A stretch of 64,000 bases of DNA from an uncultured Clostridia bacterium (GTDB lineage: Bacteria; Bacillota; Clostridia; Christensenellales; UBA1242): positions 12,296 to 76,295 of the forward strand of contig CALVNW010000005.1 of NCBI GenBank assembly GCA_944350015.1, written 5' to 3'. The notes under the pieces were generated by a model. That model saw nothing but the letters and a program-made list of their open reading frames with translations, searched no databases and was not told the DNA's origin. Below, in pieces: positions 1-9,325 of this stretch. Both the position numbers and the translations under genes were made by a program. Every line of letters starts with the position of its first letter. Position 1 is the first letter of the stretch.

Positions 1-1073
1 GAACGGCGTGGTAGAACTACGAAAATGGATAACCCAAATAAAGGTAAAAAGAAAAAGTTAGATAAGCAAGTTAAAGAGGATTAAATTGCAGAAAATCAAC
101 GACTGAAGGGAGAAAATCAATATTACAAAACTGAGATTGAATACTTAAAAAAATTAGATGCCTTAATTCGTGCGGAAGAGCAAAAGAAAAACAAAAAGCA
201 TTAGTTGTTTCTGAATTAAGGCAAAATTATCCGCTTAACACACTCTTAAAAATTTCTAAATTGCCAAGAAGTAACTTTTACTATCACAATAAAAAATTAA
301 AGATAGATAAATACAAGATTGAGAAACAAGAAATTAAAGAAATATTTGAAATAAATAAAGGTAGATATGGATATAGAAGAGTGCTAGAAGCTTTGAGACA
401 AAAGGGATACACAATAAATCACAAAACAGTATTAAAACTAATGAGAGAGTTAAAATTAAAAGGGAAACAAAGGAAGAATAAGTATAAATCATATAAAGGT
501 GAAGTTGGCAAGATTGTTTCTAATATACTTAATAGAGAATTTAAAGCAAAGGAACCATATGAGAAGTTGGCAACCGATGTAATAGAGTTTTCAGTGTGTG
601 ATGAAAAAGTTTATCTTTCTCCAGTTTTAGATATGTATAACAATGAGATAATTTCTTACTCAATTTCAACTAGTCCCAAATTTTACCAAACTAGAGAGAT
701 GCTAAATGGACTAATATCTCAATTACCAAACGATGTAAAGCCGATATTACATTCAGACCAAGGCTGGCAATACCAAATGAAAGAATATCAAAGTATATTA
801 AAAGAGAATAATATAACTCAAAGTATGTCAAGGAAAGGGAATTGTTTAGATAATAGTGTAATGGAGAATTTCTTTGGGAGACTAAAAACAGAGATGTTTT
901 ATGGAGAAAAATTTGAAAGTGTTAACACTTTCATTGACAAACTAAGAGAATATATATATTATTACAATAACGAACGAATAATACTTAAATTAAAAATGAG
1001 TCCGGTAAAATACCGAACTCAAAATATAGCAATATAATTATTAAATTTTGTCCAACTTTTTGGGTGCACCCCA
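1..1073 (+). mobile_element. IS3-family insertion sequence, right-hand ~1.07 kb (left end lies outside the window)
   Basis: OrfA C-terminal coiled-coil tail in frame 1 (ENQRLKGENQYYKTEIEYLKKLDALIRAEEQKK, stop 202-204). OrfB is in the -1 frame, open from 141. The A-rich overlap 181-197 is a candidate -1 slippery region. The element appears to end ...gggtgcacccCA at 1073. Confidence 0.8.
261..1037 (+). CDS. IS3-family transposase OrfB (rve/DDE integrase core)
   Basis: 258 aa from the first start codon; the frame is open from 141, consistent with an OrfAB frameshift fusion. DDE-type signatures HSDQGWQY and NCLDNSVMENFFGRLKTE. Confidence 0.9.
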   Translation: MPRSNFYYHNKKLKIDKYKIEKQEIKEIFEINKGRYGYRRVLEALRQKGYTINHKTVLKLMRELKLKGKQRKNKYKSYKGEVGKIVSNILNREFKAKEPYEKLATDVIEFSVCDEKVYLSPVLDMYNNEIISYSISTSPKFYQTREMLNGLISQLPNDVKPILHSDQGWQYQMKEYQSILKENNITQSMSRKGNCLDNSVMENFFGRLKTEMFYGEKFESVNTFIDKLREYIYYYNNERIILKLKMSPVKYRTQNIAI

Positions 1074-1076
1074 TTT

Positions 1077-1487
1077 CTATACATTTGTATTTATATTTAA
1101 TTCTAATTTGATATCAATATCATAAGGAATTTTACAATAATCTTCAAAGTCAGGAACAAAAACTAATTTGAATAATAAATTTGATTTTGTTATTGCTGTA
1201 TTAAAATCAATATCTTCGTATGTTCCACTTGCTTGATATTGTTGTAATTTCCAACTACCATACATATTGTTAACTGTTGACATATCAAATATATCACTAA
1301 ATTTGAAACTTTCTCCCTCGGATAAATCGTATGATAAGTTATAAACTCCTTCTTCACCATTATAAATGGTACCATCTATTCCTTTTATATAATCATTATC
1401 TGTTAAATTATATTTTGATATTGCAAATGAAATTTCAGCATCTATATCATTATAATCAAGATTATCACTACTTGCTTGTATGTGCAA
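1077..1487 (-). CDS. hypothetical protein (N/D/Y-rich, possibly a detached C-terminal piece of the upstream lipoprotein family)
   Basis: 136-aa ORF with a TTG start and no clear RBS. Composition resembles the 606-aa lipoprotein upstream. Stop codon lies 3 nt outside the IS end. Confidence 0.35.
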   Translation of the reverse strand: MHIQASSDNLDYNDIDAEISFAISKYNLTDNDYIKGIDGTIYNGEEGVYNLSYDLSEGESFKFSDIFDMSTVNNMYGSWKLQQYQASGTYEDIDFNTAITKSNLLFKLVFVPDFEDYCKIPYDIDIKLELNINTNV

Positions 1488-1517
1488 AACAGCTGTATAA
1501 TATGAATCAGAAACAGT

Positions 1518-3338
1518 TTATAAATTTGCGGTAATAATAATAGCTGTTTTCTGAATTTCATTATCTGATTTAATTTCATATGAAACGTTTATGTTATTCA
1601 ATTCAACGGTTGACATTTGACCACTTTCACTTGTCTTTAATAATTGAGCGGTTAAAGTATTATTATTTGATTCAAATACATTAGTTGGATAAGATGTGCC
1701 GCCCTTGGCATATAAATAGAACTGTGCAGTTATTGAGCCATCTGGCTGGATAACAACATTGTTAAGATAATCATTTTCTAACTCTAATGAAACTGCAGAT
1801 AATTCAAAAGACATATTCTGTTCAGTAATTATAGAAGAATTTGGATTAAGATTTTGAACAATAACTTTATATACTGCAGGCATTATAACATCTTCATTCA
1901 AATTAATATAATGATACAATTGAGATGAATTTACTAAATTGTAATCGGATGCCAATAAAACAGTGTCAGTAGTAGTATTTTTTATTGATATATTGAAAAG
2001 TTCTAATAAATCATTAGTATTTAAGTCTGTTAAATTTTCTTGAAAATTATCTGAAATAGATTTAACTTCAATATTTAAATACAAAGAATTTTTATTTAAT
2101 CTATATTCTGCAGCAGAAAGATTGAGCAATGTACCCGTATTCAAACTAATTGAAACATACCCTATATTTAATTTAACTTTTACAAATAACTCACTAAAAT
2201 CAAAACCTTCAGAATCATAATATACTTGATCGTCTGTAGGAATAGAGCCCGTAAAATTAATACCTATTTCATAAGATGAATTATCATCTGTAGTATAATT
2301 TACATATTTAGGGGTAGTTCCTTCTGTTTTCCATCTCCAATCAGTAAATTGGAAATCATCAGTATTATAAAAAGTATTATTATGTTCATCTGTAATAACA
2401 ATATTATTATTTGTATAACTAAATGAATTAAATTCGTCTAACAAAATACCATTTTTTATTTCATCTAAACTAGTGTACCTTAAATCAATTGTTGCATAAT
2501 CTAAATCTTTAGTATCATTACTTATAAACAACTTTGTTTTTTGAATGGTTATAGGTGCACCAACTGTAATGTATTGTGAAAAATAATTGTCAGATTCATT
2601 AATTTTAACAAAGAAAACATATTCACCAGGATTCATTGGATAATATCCTGAATAAGCATCCATATCCAAATTTGTTAAAGCTTGTTGAATTTCTTCTGTG
2701 TTAGGTAATTCAGTGTTTGTATCTTCAATTCCTAAATTTAATTTTAATTCATTAAATTCGTCTTTGGTAATATAATAAATATTGCTTATATCTGCATTGA
2801 CAATTTGATTGTTCTCTTTGATTTCAATGTAATCATACAATTCAACATAAGAAGGGAAATTTACATAATCCCAGCCTACAAAATTATCAGAAAAAGCAAA
2901 TGTATAGCTAAGTCCGCTTTCAGCCTTTTCAATATAGAAAGGAATTGATGTTTCTTGCTTTTCATATTTTACATATATATAATAATTTCCAACTTTATAT
3001 TCTGTAGGACTTGGTAAATTTGTCAAACTTTCTTCCATCGTTCCATATTTATCCGTATATTTAAACGATATTTTTAATCTATTATCTGAATATTTAATTT
3101 TTTCAGTTGAATCATCTGAATAAGATAATTTTACATATAAATTTTCAGTTGGATTTATATCTAAATATTCACTATATTCATAATATCCTAAATCATAAAT
3201 TACGCTTTCATTTTCATTAATGAATTCCATATATAAAAGTACTTTTTGCGGTGTTTTATCTCCACAAGCCGACAACAAAAATATTGCAGGAACAATAACG
3301 GCAAATGCCAGACAAAAACCTAAAATTTTCTTTTTCAT
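1518..3338 (-). CDS. large lipoprotein, function unknown
   Basis: 606 aa. N-terminal signal peptide with lipobox (MKKKILGFCLAFAVIVPAIFLLSAC). RBS aaaggagga upstream of the ATG. Confidence 0.8.
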   Translation of the reverse strand: MKKKILGFCLAFAVIVPAIFLLSACGDKTPQKVLLYMEFINENESVIYDLGYYEYSEYLDINPTENLYVKLSYSDDSTEKIKYSDNRLKISFKYTDKYGTMEESLTNLPSPTEYKVGNYYIYVKYEKQETSIPFYIEKAESGLSYTFAFSDNFVGWDYVNFPSYVELYDYIEIKENNQIVNADISNIYYITKDEFNELKLNLGIEDTNTELPNTEEIQQALTNLDMDAYSGYYPMNPGEYVFFVKINESDNYFSQYITVGAPITIQKTKLFISNDTKDLDYATIDLRYTSLDEIKNGILLDEFNSFSYTNNNIVITDEHNNTFYNTDDFQFTDWRWKTEGTTPKYVNYTTDDNSSYEIGINFTGSIPTDDQVYYDSEGFDFSELFVKVKLNIGYVSISLNTGTLLNLSAAEYRLNKNSLYLNIEVKSISDNFQENLTDLNTNDLLELFNISIKNTTTDTVLLASDYNLVNSSQLYHYINLNEDVIMPAVYKVIVQNLNPNSSIITEQNMSFELSAVSLELENDYLNNVVIQPDGSITAQFYLYAKGGTSYPTNVFESNNNTLTAQLLKTSESGQMSTVELNNINVSYEIKSDNEIQKTAIIITANL

Positions 3339-3460
3339 AAATCCTCCTTTTTGTTATACGCAGTAAAAGGGTAGTTTGTGAAAAATGTCAACATATAACT
3401 ATAGAATTATAATATCATAAAAATTATAAAATAACAAGCAATTTACTTATCTTTTCATTA

Positions 3461-3961
3461 TCAAACCGTTAAAACAGCAACTGCAATAGCACCAGCAAAA
3501 AGCCCGATTGCTAATAGTATTTGAAAAATTCCGACAAATATGTCAAGTTTTTTATATTTTAAACTTGGAGTTGTCTCAAGTTCTGCTTCCAAATTTTCAA
3601 TTTTCTTTTGATTTTTTTCAAGCAATGCTTTTCTTTTTTCTGCTTTATAAACAACACCCATAATCGCCATTGCAAAAGCAGTGAAGGCATAAACGCCACA
3701 ATATTCAAGTGCTGCAATAAAGGTTGCAACAAAGAAAATGCCAATAAAAATTAGCGCAACAACCTTTGCAATTCCACCGCCAAGCGAACCGCCTGTCATA
3801 AGTGACGACAAAAACCAATATTCAAGCCCGAGCGCAGCACCAATAAAAAGCATTGAAAGGATGATTGCAAAAATTCTTGCACCAACTCCACCTCTTTCAT
3901 ATCTTCGCATATCTCTATAATGCCGACTAGGAATACTAAATAACCAACCTAAAAATTTCAT
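3461..3961 (-). CDS. small integral membrane protein, function unknown
   Basis: Start moved to the internal ATG at 3961 (MKFLGWLF...), which is preceded by aaaggggg. Several hydrophobic segments and a C-terminal coiled-coil stretch. Confidence 0.65.
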   Translation of the reverse strand: MKFLGWLFSIPSRHYRDMRRYERGGVGARIFAIILSMLFIGAALGLEYWFLSSLMTGGSLGGGIAKVVALIFIGIFFVATFIAALEYCGVYAFTAFAMAIMGVVYKAEKRKALLEKNQKKIENLEAELETTPSLKYKKLDIFVGIFQILLAIGLFAGAIAVAVLTV

Positions 3962-4070
3962 AAATCCCCCTTTAACAATTATCCTTATTATCAGTATATA
4001 AAAATAAAAGTAAAAAGTCAAACAAAAATAGATATAATAAGTTTTATTTCTCTCGGATTTATAAATCATC

Positions 4071-4354
4071 TAATATAAACTATGTGATGTTAAAATTTTA
4101 TTATCATAAAATTTTATAAATTCTAACGAATTTGCGTGCTTTGCCCGCCCATCACATAGTGTGAAAAACCCTCAGCCTCACCCTTGCAAGCAAGTTCGGC
4201 TTCCGATAATATAAACTATGTGATGTTAAAATTTTATTATCATAAAATTTTATAAATTCTAACGAATTTGCGTGCTTTGCCCGCCCATCACATAGTATGT
4301 AAAACCATCAGCCTCACCCTTGCAAGCAAGTTCGGCTTCCGATAATATAAACTA
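4071..4354. repeat. 136-bp tandem repeat, 2.1 copies; each copy is a nested-palindrome (cloverleaf-like) unit
   Basis: taatataaactatgtgatg... begins at 4071, 4207 and (partial) 4343. An 11-bp closing stem actatgtgatg/catcacatagt (4079-4089/4150-4160) encloses an 11-bp hairpin, a 6-bp hairpin and a weak hairpin. Confidence 0.9.
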
Positions 4355-4446
4355 ATAAAAAAACCAAAAAAATTTTAGACAAATTCAAAAGTTATGAGAT
4401 AAACTTGAATAACACAATTTTGGTAGAGAATATAAGGAATTTAAGG

Positions 4447-4538
4447 GGATTTGATAGCACTAAAAAGCATAAGAAAAGAAGTGCAGGGTGCACTTCTTAA
4501 TCGAAGGGTCGGGGGTTCGAATCCCTGCAAGTCCACCA
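4447..4538 (+). ncRNA. tRNA-like RNA, non-canonical (acceptor stem, T-arm and encoded CCA, but no normal D or anticodon arm)
   Basis: GGATTTG (4447-4453) pairs with CAAGTCC (4528-4534), followed by A-CCA. T-loop GGTTCGAATCC. The interior holds a 10-bp hairpin aagaagtgca-ggg-tgcacttctt instead of an anticodon arm. An 18-bp hairpin follows immediately. Confidence 0.35.
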
Positions 4539-4539
4539 G

Positions 4540-4578
4540 AACAGAAATCACTTTGCAAAATGCAAAGTGATTTCTGTT
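4540..4578 (+). terminator. perfect 18-bp hairpin directly after the tRNA-like element
   Basis: aacagaaatcactttgca-aaa-tgcaaagtgatttctgtt. No T-run follows, so terminator function is not certain. Confidence 0.4.
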
Positions 4579-4629
4579 AGCACGTAAAAAAGAATCAAGC
4601 AAAAACTTACTTTTAAAAACAATAATTAT

Positions 4630-5855
4630 TTATTTTAATACGATCTTACCTTTATAGAAACTTTCCTCTTTCTCTTCAATTTTTTGTCTTTCAGCTTCAA
4701 GCATTTCATAATTTAGAGACAAGATATTTGTTAAATTTAAGGTGTTTTCATAAATTATAAGCAAACTATTTTTTGTGCTGGTTTTTAGATTAGAAATAGC
4801 ATTTTTCATAGACAAATAGATTTCTTCTTTATTTTTGTGACTTGCAAGGTTGGGGAAATCAATTTTGATGTTTTTTAATTTGCAAAGGTCTTTAACAAGT
4901 TGGAGAAAATCCACGATAACCCTCGAGCCTATTTTTTGTTGAATTACAAGTTCTGGCGTTCCTTTTGGAATGGTCTTATTTTTCTTAGACAAATATTCAT
5001 TTCTTTTAGCTTTGTCAAAAATAATTTCAATCATCTCCAATTTTTCTTCAAATTTTTTAATGATTTCTTCAAATAATTCATCGCTTGTGGGAGCAATGAT
5101 ATTGCATTTTTCAATAAAACTATTTGCATTTTTCTCACGCCAAAACTATTTTTTCAGTTGAGCTATGGTCATTTCTTCATATCTTTGTGTGAATTCCTGT
5201 TTGATTGTGGTTTTATTTTCTTGTATGTAATCATTTGCAAAAACAAATTCCTCACCAAAAGTTTGTAAATAAATTTCGTAAAGTTTATCATAGTCTTCAA
5301 TTATTTTGTTTACTGTATGATGAACGTTGAAAGTTTCTGGAATGATTATGCTTTTCTTTAAATATTTTTCAAATATTTCATCGTCTTGAAAATATAAAGC
5401 TTTAAGCTCAGAAAGCTGTTTAAAGCTTGTATATCTAGCATCAAATTCTATGGGAAATATGTAATTTCCTCTTGTGTAGTCAAATTCTATATTTGCTTTT
5501 CTTAATTTTTCATATATTGTGTTGAAAAGGGCGGTGAATATGAGTACTATACTTTGTGTATCGTTTGGGAATTCTTTTATGTCAAGAAATTTTTTGTAAT
5601 CATCTTGAATAATATGTTCGCATTCGTGATAAATTGTTTCAAGAATCTCGTATTTTTTGTTTTATAACTGCCAACAATGTTAAAATATCGCTGGGCGCCT
5701 ACTTCTTTGTATTTTTTGATAAAATCATATAATATATCTTCAAATTCAGTGTGAGTAGATTTGAAAGGGTAGTTTTTATAAAAAAGTTCTATTTTTACCA
5801 AATGATTTTTGTCTAAATCATCAATTTTTAAATTTGACAACTTTTTCGTTAGCAA
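4630..5855 (-). pseudogene. disrupted gene of unknown function (~408 codons; one frameshift plus one in-frame TAG)
   Basis: Three collinear reading-frame pieces. 5855-5577 shifts frame in the A-run near 5650-5662. The second piece (open from 5661) ends AQLKK-TAG at about 5147. The same frame then continues FWREKNANSF... into the 4630-5040 ORF. Confidence 0.7.
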
Positions 5856-5883
5856 TCATAGGCTCAATTATAAAAAGTGTTTG

Positions 5884-6516
5884 TCAAGCATTGTTTTTAA
5901 TTACTAACTTTTCTAATTTATCACAAAGACTTTTGATTTCACCTTTTGATTGGTAAATATTTTCTAATTCAACCTCATAATTTCTAAAGCTGTCAAGAAT
6001 TTCACGAGTAACATCATTAACTGTCCCTTCAATTTGCTTTTTTGTAACTTTTTTATTAATTCCTGCCTCATAATGTGCAACGAGTTTTTCATTTTCAATA
6101 GCAAACACCCAAGTACCTGCCTTATCGTCACTTATTGTAAGGGAAGAAGATTTGTCCCCGCTATAATAACCAATTAAACCATTTAAAATTAAAGATGGGG
6201 TAGGCTGGTCATCACAATCACAAATGTTAATTTCGCCACCATCGGTGCATTTAAATATATAATTACGTGACACACTGTAAGTTTTATTTTTTATATACAT
6301 TAAAAATATTTTTTTTGTAAGCAAATAATCTTTTATTTTATCCCAAAAAAAATTTAACAATGTCTCTTTGTTTTTAGGATAATCTTTACCAGTGTAAACA
6401 CGAGAAGATAAATAACCCGTCTCTAAATCATAAGATACATTAAGGGTTTGTCCCGTTTGTTTGTTAAAGAACCTTGCAAGTTCTTGCATTCTTTTTCCAA
6501 ATTCAATATTATTCAT
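5884..6516 (-). CDS. hypothetical protein
   Basis: 210-aa ORF with RBS aggagaaaaaat upstream of the ATG. No motif recognised. Confidence 0.65.
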   Translation of the reverse strand: MNNIEFGKRMQELARFFNKQTGQTLNVSYDLETGYLSSRVYTGKDYPKNKETLLNFFWDKIKDYLLTKKIFLMYIKNKTYSVSRNYIFKCTDGGEINICDCDDQPTPSLILNGLIGYYSGDKSSSLTISDDKAGTWVFAIENEKLVAHYEAGINKKVTKKQIEGTVNDVTREILDSFRNYEVELENIYQSKGEIKSLCDKLEKLVIKNNA

Positions 6517-6663
6517 ATTTTTTCTCCTATATTAAGTATTATTTTATATTTTAATCCTTCAAAATCCAAAAATAATCTTCAAGTCTCTACCAAATAAATT
6601 ATAGCAAAACCAAAATATTAAGTCAAAAATTTTTGTTAAGGTTTTTGATTAGTTTTGTTTTGC

Positions 6664-6692
6664 TTGATTTTTTGTTTTTATATGATTATAAT
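6664..6692 (+). promoter_or_regulatory. sigma-70-type promoter of valS
   Basis: TTGATT (6664-6669), 17-nt spacer, TATAAT (6687-6692). Confidence 0.5.
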
Positions 6693-6716
6693 TATCTTTA
6701 TTAGAAGGAGACTACA

Positions 6717-9314
6717 ATGGATAAAAACTACTGCCCAGAATTATTTGAAGGTGAGATTTATAAAAATTGGCTAGATAAAAATTATTTTGCCACTAACCCT
6801 GACTCAAGGGAGCATTATAGTATAGTTATGCCACCACTCAATGTTACAGGTAAGGCGCACATTGGTCACGCCCTTGACAACACTATGCAAGATATACTTA
6901 TAAGAACTAAGAGAATGCAGGGGTACAATACTCTTTGGGTGCCAGGCACTGACCACGCAGCTATTGCTACCGAGCAGGTTTTGGTTAAAGACCTAAAGCG
7001 CAATGGCGAGAGCAAGGAGAGTATTGGCCGTGAGGAGTTTTTAAAACGCGGTTGGCAATGGTATGGGAAATACACACACGTAATTTGCGACCAACTTAAA
7101 AAACTAGGTGTATCTTGCGACTGGAATAGACTTGCCTTTACTATGGATGAAAATTTGAATAGGGCGGTAAGGCAGGTGTTTTGCCAGTATTATAAGGAAG
7201 GGCTTATATATAAAGGGAAGAGGGTTGTAAACTACTGCCCAAGTTGTAAGACTACGATATCTGACAACGAGAATGTGCATATAGACCAAAACACATATCT
7301 TTGGTATATTCGCTATCCTTTTGCTGATGGCAGTGGTGAGGTTGTCGTTGCAACAACGCGTCCTGAGACATTGTTTGGTGATACTGCCGTTGCTGTCAAT
7401 CCAAATGACGCGCGTATTAAAGGTCAGGTCGGCAAGGACCTAATTTTGCCACTCGTCAATAAGAAAATCAAACTTATTGCAGATGACTACTGCGAAATCG
7501 GCTTTGGTACGGGCGCCGTTAAGATTACTCCAGCACACGACCCTAATGACTATGAGGTGGGCTTAAGACACAACCTTGAAGTTGTCAATTGCATTGATGA
7601 TGACGGAAAACTTACAGAATGTGCAGGGCAGTTTGCAGGACTTGATAGAATCGAGGCAAGACCGCTTATAGAAAAGGCTCTTATTGATGGCGGATATCTT
7701 GTAAAGAAAGAAAAGTACAAAAATCAGGTTGGCACTTGTGAGAGATGCGGGGCATTTACCGAGCCAAGAATATCAACACAGTGGTTTGTTAAAATGAAGG
7801 ATTTGGCTCGACCTGCAATAGAGGCTGTAAAGACTGGCAAGTTGACCTTCCATCCAAAACGCTATGAAAAGACATATTTAAATTGGCTTGAAAACATACA
7901 AGACTGGTGTATTTCACGTCAAATTTGGCTAGGGCATCGTATACCTGTGTTTACTTGCGCAAATGGACATACTTTTGCAAGTGAGGACTTCCCGACAGAG
8001 TGCCCGGTATGCAAGAGCACAAAACTTGAGCAAGATAATGACGTGCTTGACACCTGGTTCTCGTCAGCGCTTTGGCCGTTCTCTACACTTGGCTATCCTG
8101 AACAGACTGAGGACTTAAAATATTATTATCCAACATCAACTTTGGTTACCGGGTACGATATTATAACCTTCTGGGTGTCAAAAATGGTGTTTTCTGGCAT
8201 AAAATTTATGGGCGATGTGCCTTTTAAAGATGTTGTAATACACGGGCTTGTTAGGGATATTCACGGCGTCAAGATGTCTAAGCACCTTGGCAATGGTGTT
8301 GACCCAATTGATATGATTGATAAATATGGCGCTGACGCACTTAGACTCAGCCTCATAAATGGTATGAGCGCAGGCACTGACATAAAATATGGTGAAGAAA
8401 AGGCAAAAGAGGCAAAAATATTTATCAATAAACTCTATAATGCTAGCAAATTTGTTTTGCAAAATGTAAAAGATATTGAAATTAAGCCAATTAATAGGTT
8501 TAAATTACAAGAGAAAGATAAATGGATACTGTCCGAACTTGACAAATTAGTTAAGTCAGTCAATAAAAATATAGACAAGTACGCTCTTGGCGTTGCAACA
8601 AGTAACCTAATTGAGTTTACAGTTTCAAAATTCTGCGACTGGTATATTGAGCTTAGCAAGGTTGACCTTTACAGCGGAAACGCCGAAGACAAGCAAAGAA
8701 CGCAAAACATCTTGCTCTATACTTTATCGACGCTCCTTAAGGTGTTCCATCCTTTTATACCATTTGTTACAGAGTATATCTATAGAGAGCTCCCAGGCTC
8801 TGAAGAGACTATAATGTATTGTAGCTATCCTAAAAAGGTTGAATTTAAAGGGCTTAAAAATAATTTTGATAGGGTTATCAACATCATTCGTGCTATAAGA
8901 AACGCAAGAGCAGAGTTTAATGTGCCTGACAATAAAAAGACATCTATTTACATCTTGCCTGACGAGAAGGATGCTTTGATTGAAGAAAATCTTGAAGAGA
9001 TTGCAAAGTTGTCAAGTGGAAGTGACTGCAAGCTTATCGCCAGCGAGCCGGACGAAAAATGCACAAAGATAATCTGCGAAAATGTCAAAATTTATTTGCC
9101 AATGGGGCAACTTGTAGACCAAGAGAAAGAGAAAATGCGTCTTGAAAAAGAGATTGAAAAGTTAAAGTTTGAGGTAGCGCGCTCTGAAAAGATGCTATCA
9201 AACCAAGGCTTTGTATCTAAGGCTCCTGAAAATCTTATTACGCAGGAAAAAGAAAAACTTGAAAACAACCGTGCTTTGCTTGCAAAAGTACAACAAGAAT
9301 TTAATAGTCTATAG
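6717..9314 (+). CDS. valS: valine--tRNA ligase
   Basis: 865 aa. HIGH-type motif GKAHIGHAL, KMSKS motif VKMSKHLGN, and the C-terminal coiled coil typical of ValRS. Confidence 0.97.
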   Translation: MDKNYCPELFEGEIYKNWLDKNYFATNPDSREHYSIVMPPLNVTGKAHIGHALDNTMQDILIRTKRMQGYNTLWVPGTDHAAIATEQVLVKDLKRNGESKESIGREEFLKRGWQWYGKYTHVICDQLKKLGVSCDWNRLAFTMDENLNRAVRQVFCQYYKEGLIYKGKRVVNYCPSCKTTISDNENVHIDQNTYLWYIRYPFADGSGEVVVATTRPETLFGDTAVAVNPNDARIKGQVGKDLILPLVNKKIKLIADDYCEIGFGTGAVKITPAHDPNDYEVGLRHNLEVVNCIDDDGKLTECAGQFAGLDRIEARPLIEKALIDGGYLVKKEKYKNQVGTCERCGAFTEPRISTQWFVKMKDLARPAIEAVKTGKLTFHPKRYEKTYLNWLENIQDWCISRQIWLGHRIPVFTCANGHTFASEDFPTECPVCKSTKLEQDNDVLDTWFSSALWPFSTLGYPEQTEDLKYYYPTSTLVTGYDIITFWVSKMVFSGIKFMGDVPFKDVVIHGLVRDIHGVKMSKHLGNGVDPIDMIDKYGADALRLSLINGMSAGTDIKYGEEKAKEAKIFINKLYNASKFVLQNVKDIEIKPINRFKLQEKDKWILSELDKLVKSVNKNIDKYALGVATSNLIEFTVSKFCDWYIELSKVDLYSGNAEDKQRTQNILLYTLSTLLKVFHPFIPFVTEYIYRELPGSEETIMYCSYPKKVEFKGLKNNFDRVINIIRAIRNARAEFNVPDNKKTSIYILPDEKDALIEENLEEIAKLSSGSDCKLIASEPDEKCTKIICENVKIYLPMGQLVDQEKEKMRLEKEIEKLKFEVARSEKMLSNQGFVSKAPENLITQEKEKLENNRALLAKVQQEFNSL

Positions 9315-9325
9315 ATGGTGAGTAG

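Noticed and set aside
3962-4069. Longer N-terminal extension of the 3461-4069 ORF (and similar upstream starts at 11145, 14354, 35630, 42339, 45105 and 54994)
   Set aside because: In each case an internal start is preceded by a good Shine-Dalgarno sequence and gives the conserved N-terminus. The upstream extensions are AT-rich and run through promoter-like sequence.
4447-4538. tmRNA (ssrA) or canonical type II tRNA interpretation of the tRNA-like element
   Set aside because: It is only 92 nt long. It has no G3:U70 alanine identity pair, no tag reading frame and no pseudoknots. It has no U33/purine-37 anticodon loop, and the D region lacks the GG motif.
82-5147. Alternative genetic code, suggested by the in-frame TAA in IS OrfA and the in-frame TAG in the 4630-5855 gene
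   Set aside because: TAA, TAG and TGA each terminate several highly conserved genes at the expected length (valS TAG, lepA TAG, lexA TAA, rimM TGA). Both interrupted genes are accessory and show other signs of decay.
6517-6716. T-box leader upstream of valS
   Set aside because: The leader is only about 25 nt past the predicted -10 box. It has no T-box consensus, no specifier hairpin and no terminator/antiterminator.
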